A DNA stretch of 64,000 bases from an uncultured Polaribacter sp. GTDB taxonomy: Bacteria; Bacteroidota; Bacteroidia; Flavobacteriales; Flavobacteriaceae. The notes under the pieces were generated by a model that was given only the letters and a program-made list of their open reading frames with translations, searched no databases and had not been told where the DNA came from. Made by a program: the position numbers and the translations under genes. The first letter of the stretch is position 1, and each line of letters opens with the position of its first letter. The stretch covers positions 28,539-92,538 of the forward strand of contig CAYZDK010000001.1 of NCBI GenBank assembly GCA_964477255.1, in the 5' to 3' direction. Positions 30,110-39,841 of this stretch are shown piece by piece.

Positions 30110-30751
30110 ATTATTTTTTTGCGCTTTTAAAACCGCTTCCATTTTACTGTGAACTTGTAACTTTTTGTAGATATTTTCTATATGTTTTCTTACCGTAGCT
30201 GGAGAGATAATTAAGTTTTTTGAAATACTAGTATAATTTAACCCTTTACTTAACTGAACCAATATTTGCGATTCTCTTTTAGTTAATAAAATCTTCTCTT
30301 CTTCGTTTTTTAAAAACTCAATTTTTGGTTTTCTAAGAAGGTTAAGGGTTTTTAGCGCAATACTTGGGGTCATAGGAGCGCCACCTTCTACTACCTCTAA
30401 AATGCTTTTGTACAGTTTCTTAGGATTAACTTCTTTTAATAAATAACCATTTGCACCTGCTTTAATAGCCTTAAAGACAAACTCATCATCATCTATAACT
30501 GTAAGCATTATTATTTTTATTTGAGGATATCTGTTTTTTATTAATTCTGTAGCCTTAACACCATCTATAACAGGCATTTGAATATCCATTAAAATTACAT
30601 CAATATTGCTATCTTCTTCTAGCTTACCTATTAGCTCTGCACCATTTAGCGCATGGTATTTTAAATTTATCTCTTCAAAAAAAGATAATTTCTCTTTTAT
30701 AGCTTTGTATAAAAAGTAATTATCTTCTGCAATACAAACTTTTAAATTCAT
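30101..30751 (-). CDS. NarL/LuxR-family response regulator
   Basis: ED...DIQMP..DG receiver, GANGYLLK, HTH LTKRE...TVRKHIENIYKKL. Confidence 0.95.
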   Translation of the reverse strand: MNLKVCIAEDNYFLYKAIKEKLSFFEEINLKYHALNGAELIGKLEEDSNIDVILMDIQMPVIDGVKATELIKNRYPQIKIIMLTVIDDDEFVFKAIKAGANGYLLKEVNPKKLYKSILEVVEGGAPMTPSIALKTLNLLRKPKIEFLKNEEEKILLTKRESQILVQLSKGLNYTSISKNLIISPATVRKHIENIYKKLQVHSKMEAVLKAQKNNLI

Positions 30752-30767
30752 AATTTCATAGTTAGAT

Positions 30768-32717
30768 TTATATAGGCACCTCTAATTTTACTTCTGTTCC
30801 ATTTTTTTCTGAAGAATTAATTGTTGCTTTTCCAACAATTTCACTCATTCTTTTTTCAATATTACTGAGTCCGTTTCCTAAAGAAACTTTTTTCATATCA
30901 AAGCCTTTACCATCGTCTTTTATAGAAATTAAAAGAAACTGTTTGTCTTTTACAACAGTAATTGATATGTTGTTAGCTTCTGCATATTTTAATGCATTAT
31001 TTATTGCTTCCTGAATTGCCCTAAAGCTATTCATACCTTTTAAAGAGTCTAAAGAGATCTCTTTATCTACTTTGTTTGTTATTGTAAAGTTTACATTATT
31101 TGTTGCATTTTTTGCTTTTTCAACGAAAGATAAAATTCGGGCGTGTAAATCTTCTACAGAGATTTCACTTTTATTCATTGCCCAAATGGTATCTCTTAAT
31201 TGGTGAATGGTGTCTCCTGTAAAAACGCTTATTTCAGTTAATTTCTCTTTTAATTTCTCACTTGTGTTTTTAGAGATATATTTTAGGTTGTCTATAGATG
31301 AGATTATAAAAGTTAGCTGTGAGCCAATATTATCATGCAAATCTCTAGAAATTCTAAGTCTTTGTTCTTGTAGTCTGTTTTGAGTAGTAATTGTTGCAAG
31401 AGCATCTTTAAGGTCAATTTCTTTTTTTAATTGTTTTCTCTTAAGTTGATTTCTCTTGTAAATAGCAAAGAAGATTATAGCTAAAATAAGTAATGCAGAC
31501 CCTAAAAGGAGTGCATATAGATTTCTGTTCTTTATTTTTAACTCTTGCTCTAATAGTAGTTCTTTTTGTTTAAGTATTTCTTTTTCCTTTTTTTCTGTGT
31601 CGTATTTTGTTTCTATTTCTTTTATAGATTTTATTTTTTCATCATTTAAAATGCTGTCATTATAACGGATATATTTTTTTAAGTATTTATTTGATAAATA
31701 ATAATTTTTGTTTTTATCATGAATTTTTGATAACAAGATAGAGATATCTGCAATGTATTCTTTTGTATCTACTTCTCTAGCTAAGGTTAGTGCTTTCATA
31801 CCTTTTTCAAGTGCTAAATCATATTTTTTTTGTTTGTAATATAAATTTGCTAATGAGTAATTTAAGAAAGTAAGTTCAAAAGGTTCTCTATTTTCTGTAT
31901 GTAACTTTATAGCCTCTACATAATTTTTTTCAGCAATAGTATATTGCTTTAAACTATCTTGAGCTACTGCAATTACACTTATTGGGTATGCTGTAAACCT
32001 TTTAAATTTTAACTTTAAAAAATACTGTTTAGATTTTAAGGCATATTGTATTGCGTTTTTATACTTACCTAATTCGTTTTGAGTACCAGCAATATTGTTG
32101 TTTACCATTGCAATTCTCAAAGAATCTCTTATACTTTTATAAATTTCTAGAGACTTTAAGTTGTATGCTAAAGACTTATTAAATTCTTTTAATTTTCTAA
32201 AATCCCAAGCAATGTTCATTAAAGAATTTCCAATTCCAAGACTATCTTTTAGTTTTTCATAGACGGCAAGCGTTTTAAATTGATAATCAATAGACTCTTT
32301 TAAGTTACCTTGTTTAGAATATACAATTGCAAAACCATTATACATATCAGCTATAGAGGTGCTATCATTTAGAATAATACTTTTTGCTAATGCTTCTTCA
32401 AATTTTAGAAGTGCAGCATCATAATCACCACTTTCAAAATTTCGAAAACCAAGTATTTTTAGTGCTTGTAACTTTAATGTATCATTTTTTAATTGTATTG
32501 ATAAATCATAAGCTTTATTTGCATACTTTTTCGCACTATCTAAGTCAATTCCTACAAACTCTTTAGAAAGATTAGTGTAGGTATAAAACTTATTTTTTCC
32601 TGTGTGTGTTTTTAAATTGTTTTTTAAGCTATCTATTCTTTTAGATTCTGTTTGAGAGTAAGTATTGAATGAGAAGATAAAAGTTAGTAGAAATACTAGT
32701 ATAAAGTGTATTTTCAT
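30768..32717 (-). CDS. TPR-containing sensor histidine kinase (HisKA_3)
   Basis: Signal/TM, TPR repeats, second TM, RISRDLHDNIG H-box, QEAINNALKYA, DDGKGF, GNGL. Confidence 0.93.
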   Translation of the reverse strand: MKIHFILVFLLTFIFSFNTYSQTESKRIDSLKNNLKTHTGKNKFYTYTNLSKEFVGIDLDSAKKYANKAYDLSIQLKNDTLKLQALKILGFRNFESGDYDAALLKFEEALAKSIILNDSTSIADMYNGFAIVYSKQGNLKESIDYQFKTLAVYEKLKDSLGIGNSLMNIAWDFRKLKEFNKSLAYNLKSLEIYKSIRDSLRIAMVNNNIAGTQNELGKYKNAIQYALKSKQYFLKLKFKRFTAYPISVIAVAQDSLKQYTIAEKNYVEAIKLHTENREPFELTFLNYSLANLYYKQKKYDLALEKGMKALTLAREVDTKEYIADISILLSKIHDKNKNYYLSNKYLKKYIRYNDSILNDEKIKSIKEIETKYDTEKKEKEILKQKELLLEQELKIKNRNLYALLLGSALLILAIIFFAIYKRNQLKRKQLKKEIDLKDALATITTQNRLQEQRLRISRDLHDNIGSQLTFIISSIDNLKYISKNTSEKLKEKLTEISVFTGDTIHQLRDTIWAMNKSEISVEDLHARILSFVEKAKNATNNVNFTITNKVDKEISLDSLKGMNSFRAIQEAINNALKYAEANNISITVVKDKQFLLISIKDDGKGFDMKKVSLGNGLSNIEKRMSEIVGKATINSSEKNGTEVKLEVPI

Positions 32718-32731
32718 AGCGCTTTATAAAT

Positions 32732-33031
32732 TTATTTGGTTGATGAAATAGAATAAATAAGTATCTCTTCTAAGGAGAAACCGATATTAAATATATTAAT
32801 TTTTAGATAAGCCAGTTTTTTTTGCGTCTGTTTCTCTAATACCTGCAGTTCTTTTTCTTTTAAATGAAGCGATTTCTGCAGTTCTATTTCATTATTTAAT
32901 TTCAGTTCTAATTTTCTAAGTTTAGATGCGCCTTTAACTGAAGTTTTAAAGCAATAAAAATAACACCAAATACTTATTGCAATAAGTATTGGTGTTAATA
33001 ACAAGATGATATTTAAGTTGTTTAATACCAT
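32732..33031 (-). CDS. Small membrane-anchored coiled-coil protein
   Basis: N-terminal TM helix then a heptad-rich segment; tightly packed in the operon. Confidence 0.6.
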   Translation of the reverse strand: MVLNNLNIILLLTPILIAISIWCYFYCFKTSVKGASKLRKLELKLNNEIELQKSLHLKEKELQVLEKQTQKKLAYLKINIFNIGFSLEEILIYSISSTK

Positions 33032-33041
33032 GCTTCATTTA

Positions 33042-33479
33042 TTACTTAAATTGTCCTAAAAACTGAAAATTTGTAGTTCCTAAATTGATTTCATTAAATT
33101 CTCCATTTTGATTTTGTGAAATTCCATAGATATAATTATCTCTACAATCATCAATAAATGTCCACTCGCTTGTGCCAGTTTGTATTGGGTTTTCTAAAGT
33201 AATGCATGCTTCACCAGAAATTTCAACTGTTAAAACGTTGTTAGTCAGTGTAAAAGTTGCAGCTGTACCTTCTGGAAAAGGAGATTGAGCAGTTGCAAAA
33301 TCTAAAACTACATTGTAAGTACCTTCTAAAGAAGAGGGTGCAATACCCGCTGTTTCATTAGATTTTGGAGTATAAGTACAAGTTTCGCAATCACTTAGAT
33401 TTTCATCTTCATCATTAGAGTTGCAAGCTAGAATTGTTAGAGTCATAAATGCGATTAAAACATATTTTAGATTTTTCAT
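33042..33479 (-). CDS. Hypothetical surface lipoprotein
   Basis: MKNLKY...ILAC lipobox followed by acidic NSNDEDE; CETC motif; start moved to ATG 33479. Confidence 0.75.
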   Translation of the reverse strand: MKNLKYVLIAFMTLTILACNSNDEDENLSDCETCTYTPKSNETAGIAPSSLEGTYNVVLDFATAQSPFPEGTAATFTLTNNVLTVEISGEACITLENPIQTGTSEWTFIDDCRDNYIYGISQNQNGEFNEINLGTTNFQFLGQFK

Positions 33480-33483
33480 ACTA

Positions 33484-33963
33484 TTAATTTTTTGGAGCAT
33501 TAAATTTTCCTACAGTTATTGTTTTTGAAGTTGTGTTGCCATCAGAATTAATTCCTGTAAAAGAAAACGTTCCTTTTATTGTTGTGTCTGTTTCTTCTGT
33601 AACCTCTATAGTTCCTGATCCAATATCAAAAGTAGATACCCAAGCAATTACTGGATTAACTGATCCATACATAGCAGAGCTTACGTTAGAAATAGAGTTG
33701 CCTGTAGTGTAGGTTCCAACGCCATTGTAATTCGAAATATTTAAACGAATATATTCTCCATCAGAATTAGACCCTTGTATAGCAGCTACATTATTACTTA
33801 TTGTTGCACCAACAGCAACAGAAAGTGCTTCAAAATTAGAACCATCTACTTTTGCAGTTAACGTTCCTTCTCCTGATAATCCTAAATCTTCGTCTGACGA
33901 ATCTGAACAAGATAAGAGTCCTAAGATTATGGTGAATGCAAATAGTAATTTTAGTGTTTTCAT
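33484..33963 (-). CDS. DUF6252-like lipoprotein
   Basis: Lipobox LLSC + acidic SDSSDED; LTAKVDG, GTIEVT, IKGTFSF, GKFN pattern. Confidence 0.7.
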   Translation of the reverse strand: MKTLKLLFAFTIILGLLSCSDSSDEDLGLSGEGTLTAKVDGSNFEALSVAVGATISNNVAAIQGSNSDGEYIRLNISNYNGVGTYTTGNSISNVSSAMYGSVNPVIAWVSTFDIGSGTIEVTEETDTTIKGTFSFTGINSDGNTTSKTITVGKFNAPKN

Positions 33964-33993
33964 AGTTGTGAATTTTTTAAGTTGATTGAATGA

Positions 33994-35898
33994 TTACTTT
34001 TTTAGATTATAAGCATAGATAGTTTTGTCGTTGGCTTTGTAGTACAAATACCCACCAAATTCGTCTACTTTATACTCTGGTTTTTTGTCTTTAAGGGCTA
34101 TTTCTTTTTCTAGTTTACCTGTATCTTTTGATACCTTAGCTAAACCTACACCATTACTTAATTTGGTAAGTATAAATTGCGAATCTTCTGTGGCAGCTGT
34201 TGCTTTAAATCGCTGAGACATCATTTTAAAAGAAGCGCTAGCAATTCCAGAAAACATGTCTGCTGCGCGTTTAGCATCTTTACCATAATCATTGTAACTG
34301 TCTAAATCATTCATATTAGATCCAGTTCTATTTGCACCTGCAGATGCTGATGTAGCAACCATTGCTAAAGTTGAAGCAGCTGCTACAACACCACCTACTA
34401 CTTTCATAAAACCACTTTTACCTGGAGATTTGTAATAGCTATGGTATAATTCTTTACCATTACTATCTACAGCCATTAAGTTTTGTGAAGCACTTACAAA
34501 GATGTTACCATCTCTTACCTGAATACTATTGGGGGATTCTTTTTCATCGAATTTAATTTTAGACAACTCAGAAACTTTTCCAGAGCTTGCAGCAACAGCG
34601 TATAACACATCTCCAGCAGCTATTAAATACCTATCATTTTCCGAATCGAAAGTAGATGCAACAGATGCTGCTTTTTTGTATTTAAGAGGTTTATTCCAAA
34701 CAGATTCTCCTGTTTCTAAATTAACAATATTGGCATCAGAACTGGTAATATAGATTAAACCTTGCGGAGTTTTTGCCATTGTTAAAATGTTTTCTCCGGT
34801 TTTTAATGGTTTTTTAAAGAGTGTTTTTCCATCATAAGAAATTTTATTTACTCCTCCAGAATACATGCCAAACAAAATTCCATCATTCATAGTATAGAAG
34901 TGTTGCACATATCCTTTTGTTTTTGGGGCTTTATCCCAAAGATCTTCACCATTTTTTGCATTAAACATGGTTATTTTAGATTCTGATTTTGCTGCTAGAG
35001 CTCCTTTTCCTCCAGTAACATTACTAACAACAGCTAATCCTTGAGGTAAAATTTCGAATTTAGAAACCACACCTTTTACTTTTCTGTCATCTTTCCAAAG
35101 TTCTTCGCCATTGGCTCCAATTTTATGAATTCTGGTGTTCTTTTTGTTTGCAGAAACTTCAAAACCATAAATTTCTTTTTCTGTAGCATCTGCTACCAAC
35201 CAATTAATGCCTTTTATTTTATTTTTCCATAGCTCTTCTCCCGAATGTGATTTTGCAATTAACCCCTGTGCAGTAGGAATTATTAAAGATTTTTTAAGTA
35301 ATATAGGTGTACCTGTAACACTAAAATCTTTTGAAATACCTACTCTTCCTGGTTTGTCTAAAAAGAAATTATAGTCTAGTTTTCCAGAGTTTAAATCGTA
35401 AACAGCGACTTTAGGAGTCATCTTTTCAGCTTTAGATCCTATTTTTTGAATTCCACTGATTACTAATTTGTTTTCTGGTAGCATAACATCACAAGTATAT
35501 ATTTGGTTCCAGTTATCGCTATCAGACCTAAAAAGTACTTTTCCTTGCACAAAGTCTATAACAGCTCTTTTAGTTTTTGTAATACCTGCGAATTTAGAGT
35601 TAGTACCTTGTGAGATTACGATATATGGCGAATTTGGAATTAGTTGTGTTTCTTCAGGTTTTAATTTTCCAAAGTCGTTAAATGTAAAAACAGGTTCGTT
35701 TTCAGAGGGCATTATACCAACCAAACCTTCATTAGTAGCTACAATTAAAACGCCTGCTTTAGTAAGTGTCATTTCGTTAACTTTTGCCCCTAATTCGTAG
35801 TTTTTATCTGGCGAATCTTGTGCAATTACAACAGTTTGAGCTGTAAGAAAAAGTGTAAATGCAAGAATGAGTTCAATTTGAAATATTCGTGTTTTCAT
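33994..35898 (-). CDS. Exported PQQ-like beta-propeller repeat protein
   Basis: Signal peptide; repeated GEELW/GEDLW/GESVW/GKLDY blade motifs. Confidence 0.8.
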   Translation of the reverse strand: MKTRIFQIELILAFTLFLTAQTVVIAQDSPDKNYELGAKVNEMTLTKAGVLIVATNEGLVGIMPSENEPVFTFNDFGKLKPEETQLIPNSPYIVISQGTNSKFAGITKTKRAVIDFVQGKVLFRSDSDNWNQIYTCDVMLPENKLVISGIQKIGSKAEKMTPKVAVYDLNSGKLDYNFFLDKPGRVGISKDFSVTGTPILLKKSLIIPTAQGLIAKSHSGEELWKNKIKGINWLVADATEKEIYGFEVSANKKNTRIHKIGANGEELWKDDRKVKGVVSKFEILPQGLAVVSNVTGGKGALAAKSESKITMFNAKNGEDLWDKAPKTKGYVQHFYTMNDGILFGMYSGGVNKISYDGKTLFKKPLKTGENILTMAKTPQGLIYITSSDANIVNLETGESVWNKPLKYKKAASVASTFDSENDRYLIAAGDVLYAVAASSGKVSELSKIKFDEKESPNSIQVRDGNIFVSASQNLMAVDSNGKELYHSYYKSPGKSGFMKVVGGVVAAASTLAMVATSASAGANRTGSNMNDLDSYNDYGKDAKRAADMFSGIASASFKMMSQRFKATAATEDSQFILTKLSNGVGLAKVSKDTGKLEKEIALKDKKPEYKVDEFGGYLYYKANDKTIYAYNLKK

Positions 35899-35971
35899 AA
35901 AAAAAAATTTAAATTCCCTAATTTAGAGTTGATTAGTACAATTCAAAATTCTTTAAAATGAGAGAGTTATG

Positions 35972-35993
35972 AAATACGGCAAATGACGTATTT
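35972..35993. promoter_or_regulatory. 7-8-7 inverted repeat, candidate operator of the propeller/TCS operon
   Basis: AAATACG-gcaaatga-CGTATTT, 74 nt upstream of the 35898 ATG; no U-tract on the minus strand. Confidence 0.5.
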
Positions 35994-36944
35994 TTAAAAT
36001 TTTAGGTGAGGAAACTGCTTTACAAGAGCATCTTGTTGTGTCTGAAGTTTTTCTAAAAATTTTGTGTGCGCTTCAGATTTCTCGTCAAAAGGTTTGTGTT
36101 GTAAACCTTTTTGAATTGTTTCTACTTTATGCATTGTTGCATATGCGTCTTTAGAAATCCAACACTCTTTAAATTTCTCCCAAATGTAGTTTATTGCTGT
36201 TTTGTTAGGATGAATCATGTCTTCTTTATAAAAACGGTAATCGCGCAATTCATCCATTTGAATTTCATAAGACGGAAAATAAAAAGTATTTTTAAGACCC
36301 TCTATACATTCGTGAATTGCTGCAAGAAGATGTGCTTTACTTCTTGTGTTTTCTACAAAACCATCTTTTAAATGACGAATAGGAGAGACAGTAAAAATGA
36401 TTTTTACATTGGTATTAACGCTTTGAATTTGCTGAACAGTTTCTTGTAAACTTTTCTTAATTATTGCAATAGATAGAAGTTCTTTCTGAAATTTTTTTTG
36501 AGGGATTTTATGACAATTAGAAACTATTTTTTGATTTTCTAGGTAACGATACACCCATGAAGTTCCTAACGTTATAATTATATGTGAAGCATTTTTTATA
36601 CTACTATTCGTAATATTGTTAGCTTCATTAAGATTTTGCAAAGTTTCTTCTATTCTGGATGAGCTTAATAAAGAATGCGTATCTAACGAGTGGTATTTAT
36701 TGTTGTGAAAAACGAGATCTTTTTCCGTAAAATGATAGTTGTTTAACGCCTTTTTAATGCAATTTTTTATTCCCCAAGGATGAAACAGAATTCCGTAAGG
36801 ATTAATGGTATTTTCAAATTTATAATACGCCAGTTTTTTGCCAATATTTTCGGTAAAACATGAACCCAAAAGTAAAACCTTTGCTTCGTAATTTATGGCT
36901 AATTCTGTTTGTGGATTTAGCTTTATTTTAGTTTGAAGATCCAT
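35994..36944 (-). CDS. GSCFA domain protein (SGNH-hydrolase-like)
   Basis: LLGSCFTENI, ITLGTSW, TVSPIRH, YFPSYEI, DMIHP motifs. Confidence 0.9.
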   Translation of the reverse strand: MDLQTKIKLNPQTELAINYEAKVLLLGSCFTENIGKKLAYYKFENTINPYGILFHPWGIKNCIKKALNNYHFTEKDLVFHNNKYHSLDTHSLLSSSRIEETLQNLNEANNITNSSIKNASHIIITLGTSWVYRYLENQKIVSNCHKIPQKKFQKELLSIAIIKKSLQETVQQIQSVNTNVKIIFTVSPIRHLKDGFVENTRSKAHLLAAIHECIEGLKNTFYFPSYEIQMDELRDYRFYKEDMIHPNKTAINYIWEKFKECWISKDAYATMHKVETIQKGLQHKPFDEKSEAHTKFLEKLQTQQDALVKQFPHLKF

Positions 36945-36961
36945 GTATTTAATATTATCTC

Positions 36962-36969
36962 CAAAATTA
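36962..36969 (-). promoter_or_regulatory. -7 box (TAATTTTG) for the GSCFA gene
   Basis: TAnnTTTG consensus upstream of the ATG. Confidence 0.5.
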
Positions 36970-37082
36970 CATTAAAATTAAAAGAGCAGCAATTTCTACT
37001 TTAATCTATTTCTTTATTAAACAGCTTACAAAAAAATCCGTAGTTTATTAACTAATGAACTTATTATTAGGTTAAAATCTAA

Positions 37083-39704
37083 TTAATGGATATATTTTTT
37101 TACTGTTTCTAATACTTCAGGAATACCTTTAGGGTTTTTACCACCTGCAGTAGCAAAGAAAGGTTGACCACCACCACCACCTTGAATGTATTTGCCTAAT
37201 TCTCTTACTACTTGCCCAGCATTGTATCCTTTTTCTTTTACTAACTCTTTAGATATGTAACAAGTTAGAAGAGCTTTGTCATTTGTAGGTTCTGCTGCGA
37301 ATAATAAAAAAAGATTGGTAAACTTATTTCCTAATTTAAAGGCTAAATCTTTAATTCCCCCTGCATCTAAATCCACCTTTTTAGCTAAGAATTTTACGCC
37401 ATTAATCTCTTCTAATTCGCTTTCTATATCTTTAGAAAGGTTGCTTGCTTTTTCTTTAAGTAAATCTTCTACTTGCTTTTGTAATGCTGCATTTTCATCT
37501 TTTAATTTCTGTACAGCGTTAACTGGGTTTTGGGTATTGTTTAAAAGATCTTTTATTTCAAAAAGTGTTCTATTGTTTTCAAAATAGAAGTCTTTAACTG
37601 CTTCATTTGTTATGGCTTCTATTCTACGTATACCAGAGGCTACTGCACCTTCTGATGTAATTTTAAAATGCCAAATATCTGATGTGTTTTTCACATGAGT
37701 TCCACCACACAACTCCATAGATTTTCCAAACTTAATTGCTCTAACAGTATCGCCGTATTTTTCTCCAAATAAAGCTATAGCTCCTTCATCTAAAGCTTGT
37801 TGCATAGAGATATTGCGTTTTTCCTCTAAAGGGATCTTTCCTGAAATTCTTGCATTTACAAAATTTTCTACATCTCGTAACTCCTCTCTAGTTAATTTAG
37901 AAAAATGAGAAAAATCGAAACGTAAATATTTAGAATGTACTGCAGACCCTTTTTGTTCTACATGTGTGCCTAAAATTTCTCGTAAAGCTTGATGAAGTAA
38001 GTGTGTTGCTGTATGATTGCACTCAGTTCTTGCACGTTGTTTTGCATCTACAATAGCTTTGAAATTTTCATTTACATTTTCAGGAAGTGTTTTTGAGAAG
38101 TGAATGATAACATTATTTTCTTTTTTGGTATCTACAATATAGATTACATCACCTCTTTCGTTTTCTAAGTATCCTTTGTCTCCAACTTGACCTCCTCCCT
38201 CTGGATAAAAAGGAGTACTATCTAAAACCAATTGGTACATTTCGCCTTCTTTTTTTGAGGTTACTTTTCTAAAACGAGTAATTTTTGTTTTTGTTTCTAA
38301 TTGGTCATAACCAACAAAATCTTCTTTAGAATCCTTGATTACTATTGTCCAATCATCTGTAGACATTTCACTTGCTGCACGAGATCTATCTTTTTGTTTT
38401 TGTAATTCTTTTTTAAACCCTTCTTCGTCTAATGAGAATCCTTTTTCAGATAAAATAAGACCTGTTAAATCTATAGGAAAACCATAAGTGTCGTACAATT
38501 CAAAAGCTTTTTCTCCGCTAATTTCTTTTGTAGGTGAAGCTTCAATAATATTCTCCAACAAAAGAAGTCCTTGCTCTAAAGTTCGTAAAAAAGATGCTTC
38601 TTCCTCTTTAATAACACTCTCAATAAGTTGTTTTTGCGCTTTAATTTCTGGAAATGCTTCTCCCATTTTTTCACTTAAAACCCCTACTAAACGATAAATA
38701 AAAGGTTCTTTTTTATCTAAAAATGTAAAGCCATAACGCACAGCTCTTCTTAAAATTCTTCTAATTACATAGCCAGCACCGTTATTACTAGGTAATTGTC
38801 CGTCTGCAATAGAAAAAGCAACTGCTCTTACATGGTCTGAAATTACACGAATAGCAACATCTTGTTGCTCGTTATTGCCATATTTGGTTTGTGTAATAGT
38901 TTCAATTTCTCTAATAATTGGGGTAAAAATATCGGTGTCATAGTTAGATTGTACGCCTTGTAAAACCATGCAAAGACGCTCAAAACCCATACCTGTATCT
39001 ATGTGTTTGCTTGGTAATTCTACCAAACTACCATCTGCTTTTCTATTGTACTGCATAAAAACCAAGTTCCAAATTTCTACAACTTGTGGATGGTCTTCAT
39101 TTACTAATGTTTTGCCATCTATTTTTGCCTTTTCTTCATCAGATCTAATATCCACATGAATTTCCGAGCAAGGTCCACAAGGTCCTTGATCTCCCATTTC
39201 CCAGAAGTTATCTTTCTTGTTTCCTTTTAAAATTCGGTCTTCATCGATAAACTGTTTCCAAATAGCATAGGCTTCTGTGTCCATTTCTAAATTATCTTTG
39301 TCAGAAGATCCTTCAAAAACAGTAACATAAAGCATGCTTTTATCAATTTTATACACTTCTGTTAACAACTCCCAAGCCCAAGCAATGGCTTCTTTTTTAA
39401 AGTAATCTCCAAAAGACCAATTTCCTAGCATTTCAAAAAGTGTATGATGGTAGGTATCATAACCAACTTCTTCTAAATCGTTATGTTTGCCAGAAACACG
39501 TAAACATTTTTGAGAGTCTGTAATGCGATTACTTTTAGGTTTTCCGTTTCCTAAGAAATATTCTTTAAAAGGCGCCATTCCAGAGTTTACAAACATCAAA
39601 GTAGGGTCATCTTTTGTAACCATTGGGGCAGAAGGCACTATTAAGTGCGATTTTTCACTAAAGAATTTTAAAAAAGTAGATCGAATGTCTTGAGATTTCA
39701 TCAT
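37083..39704 (-). CDS. alaS: Alanine--tRNA ligase
   Basis: [70 protein letters not shown]. Confidence 0.98.
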   Translation of the reverse strand: MMKSQDIRSTFLKFFSEKSHLIVPSAPMVTKDDPTLMFVNSGMAPFKEYFLGNGKPKSNRITDSQKCLRVSGKHNDLEEVGYDTYHHTLFEMLGNWSFGDYFKKEAIAWAWELLTEVYKIDKSMLYVTVFEGSSDKDNLEMDTEAYAIWKQFIDEDRILKGNKKDNFWEMGDQGPCGPCSEIHVDIRSDEEKAKIDGKTLVNEDHPQVVEIWNLVFMQYNRKADGSLVELPSKHIDTGMGFERLCMVLQGVQSNYDTDIFTPIIREIETITQTKYGNNEQQDVAIRVISDHVRAVAFSIADGQLPSNNGAGYVIRRILRRAVRYGFTFLDKKEPFIYRLVGVLSEKMGEAFPEIKAQKQLIESVIKEEEASFLRTLEQGLLLLENIIEASPTKEISGEKAFELYDTYGFPIDLTGLILSEKGFSLDEEGFKKELQKQKDRSRAASEMSTDDWTIVIKDSKEDFVGYDQLETKTKITRFRKVTSKKEGEMYQLVLDSTPFYPEGGGQVGDKGYLENERGDVIYIVDTKKENNVIIHFSKTLPENVNENFKAIVDAKQRARTECNHTATHLLHQALREILGTHVEQKGSAVHSKYLRFDFSHFSKLTREELRDVENFVNARISGKIPLEEKRNISMQQALDEGAIALFGEKYGDTVRAIKFGKSMELCGGTHVKNTSDIWHFKITSEGAVASGIRRIEAITNEAVKDFYFENNRTLFEIKDLLNNTQNPVNAVQKLKDENAALQKQVEDLLKEKASNLSKDIESELEEINGVKFLAKKVDLDAGGIKDLAFKLGNKFTNLFLLFAAEPTNDKALLTCYISKELVKEKGYNAGQVVRELGKYIQGGGGGQPFFATAGGKNPKGIPEVLETVKKYIH

Positions 39705-39766
39705 AATAAATGACCAAAAAATTAGTTAAAAAAGTACCCTAAAAAAGGCAGTTGTAAAACATTTTG

Positions 39767-39774
39767 TAAATTTG
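39767..39774 (+). promoter_or_regulatory. -7 box (TAAATTTG) for the M23-merR operon
   Basis: TAnnTTTG consensus. Confidence 0.5.
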
Positions 39775-39819
39775 CGAGTTATTGTAATTAACGATTCAAA
39801 AGAATCTTCTAATAACAAA

Positions 39820-39827
39820 CAAAAATA
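39820..39827 (-). promoter_or_regulatory. -7 box (TATTTTTG) for alaS
   Basis: TAnnTTTG consensus on the minus strand. Confidence 0.45.
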
Positions 39828-39841
39828 GTATAATTAAAAAC

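Noticed and set aside
39705-39841. T-box or other leader upstream of alaS
   Set aside because: The region is short and AT-rich with no T-box consensus or terminator hairpin
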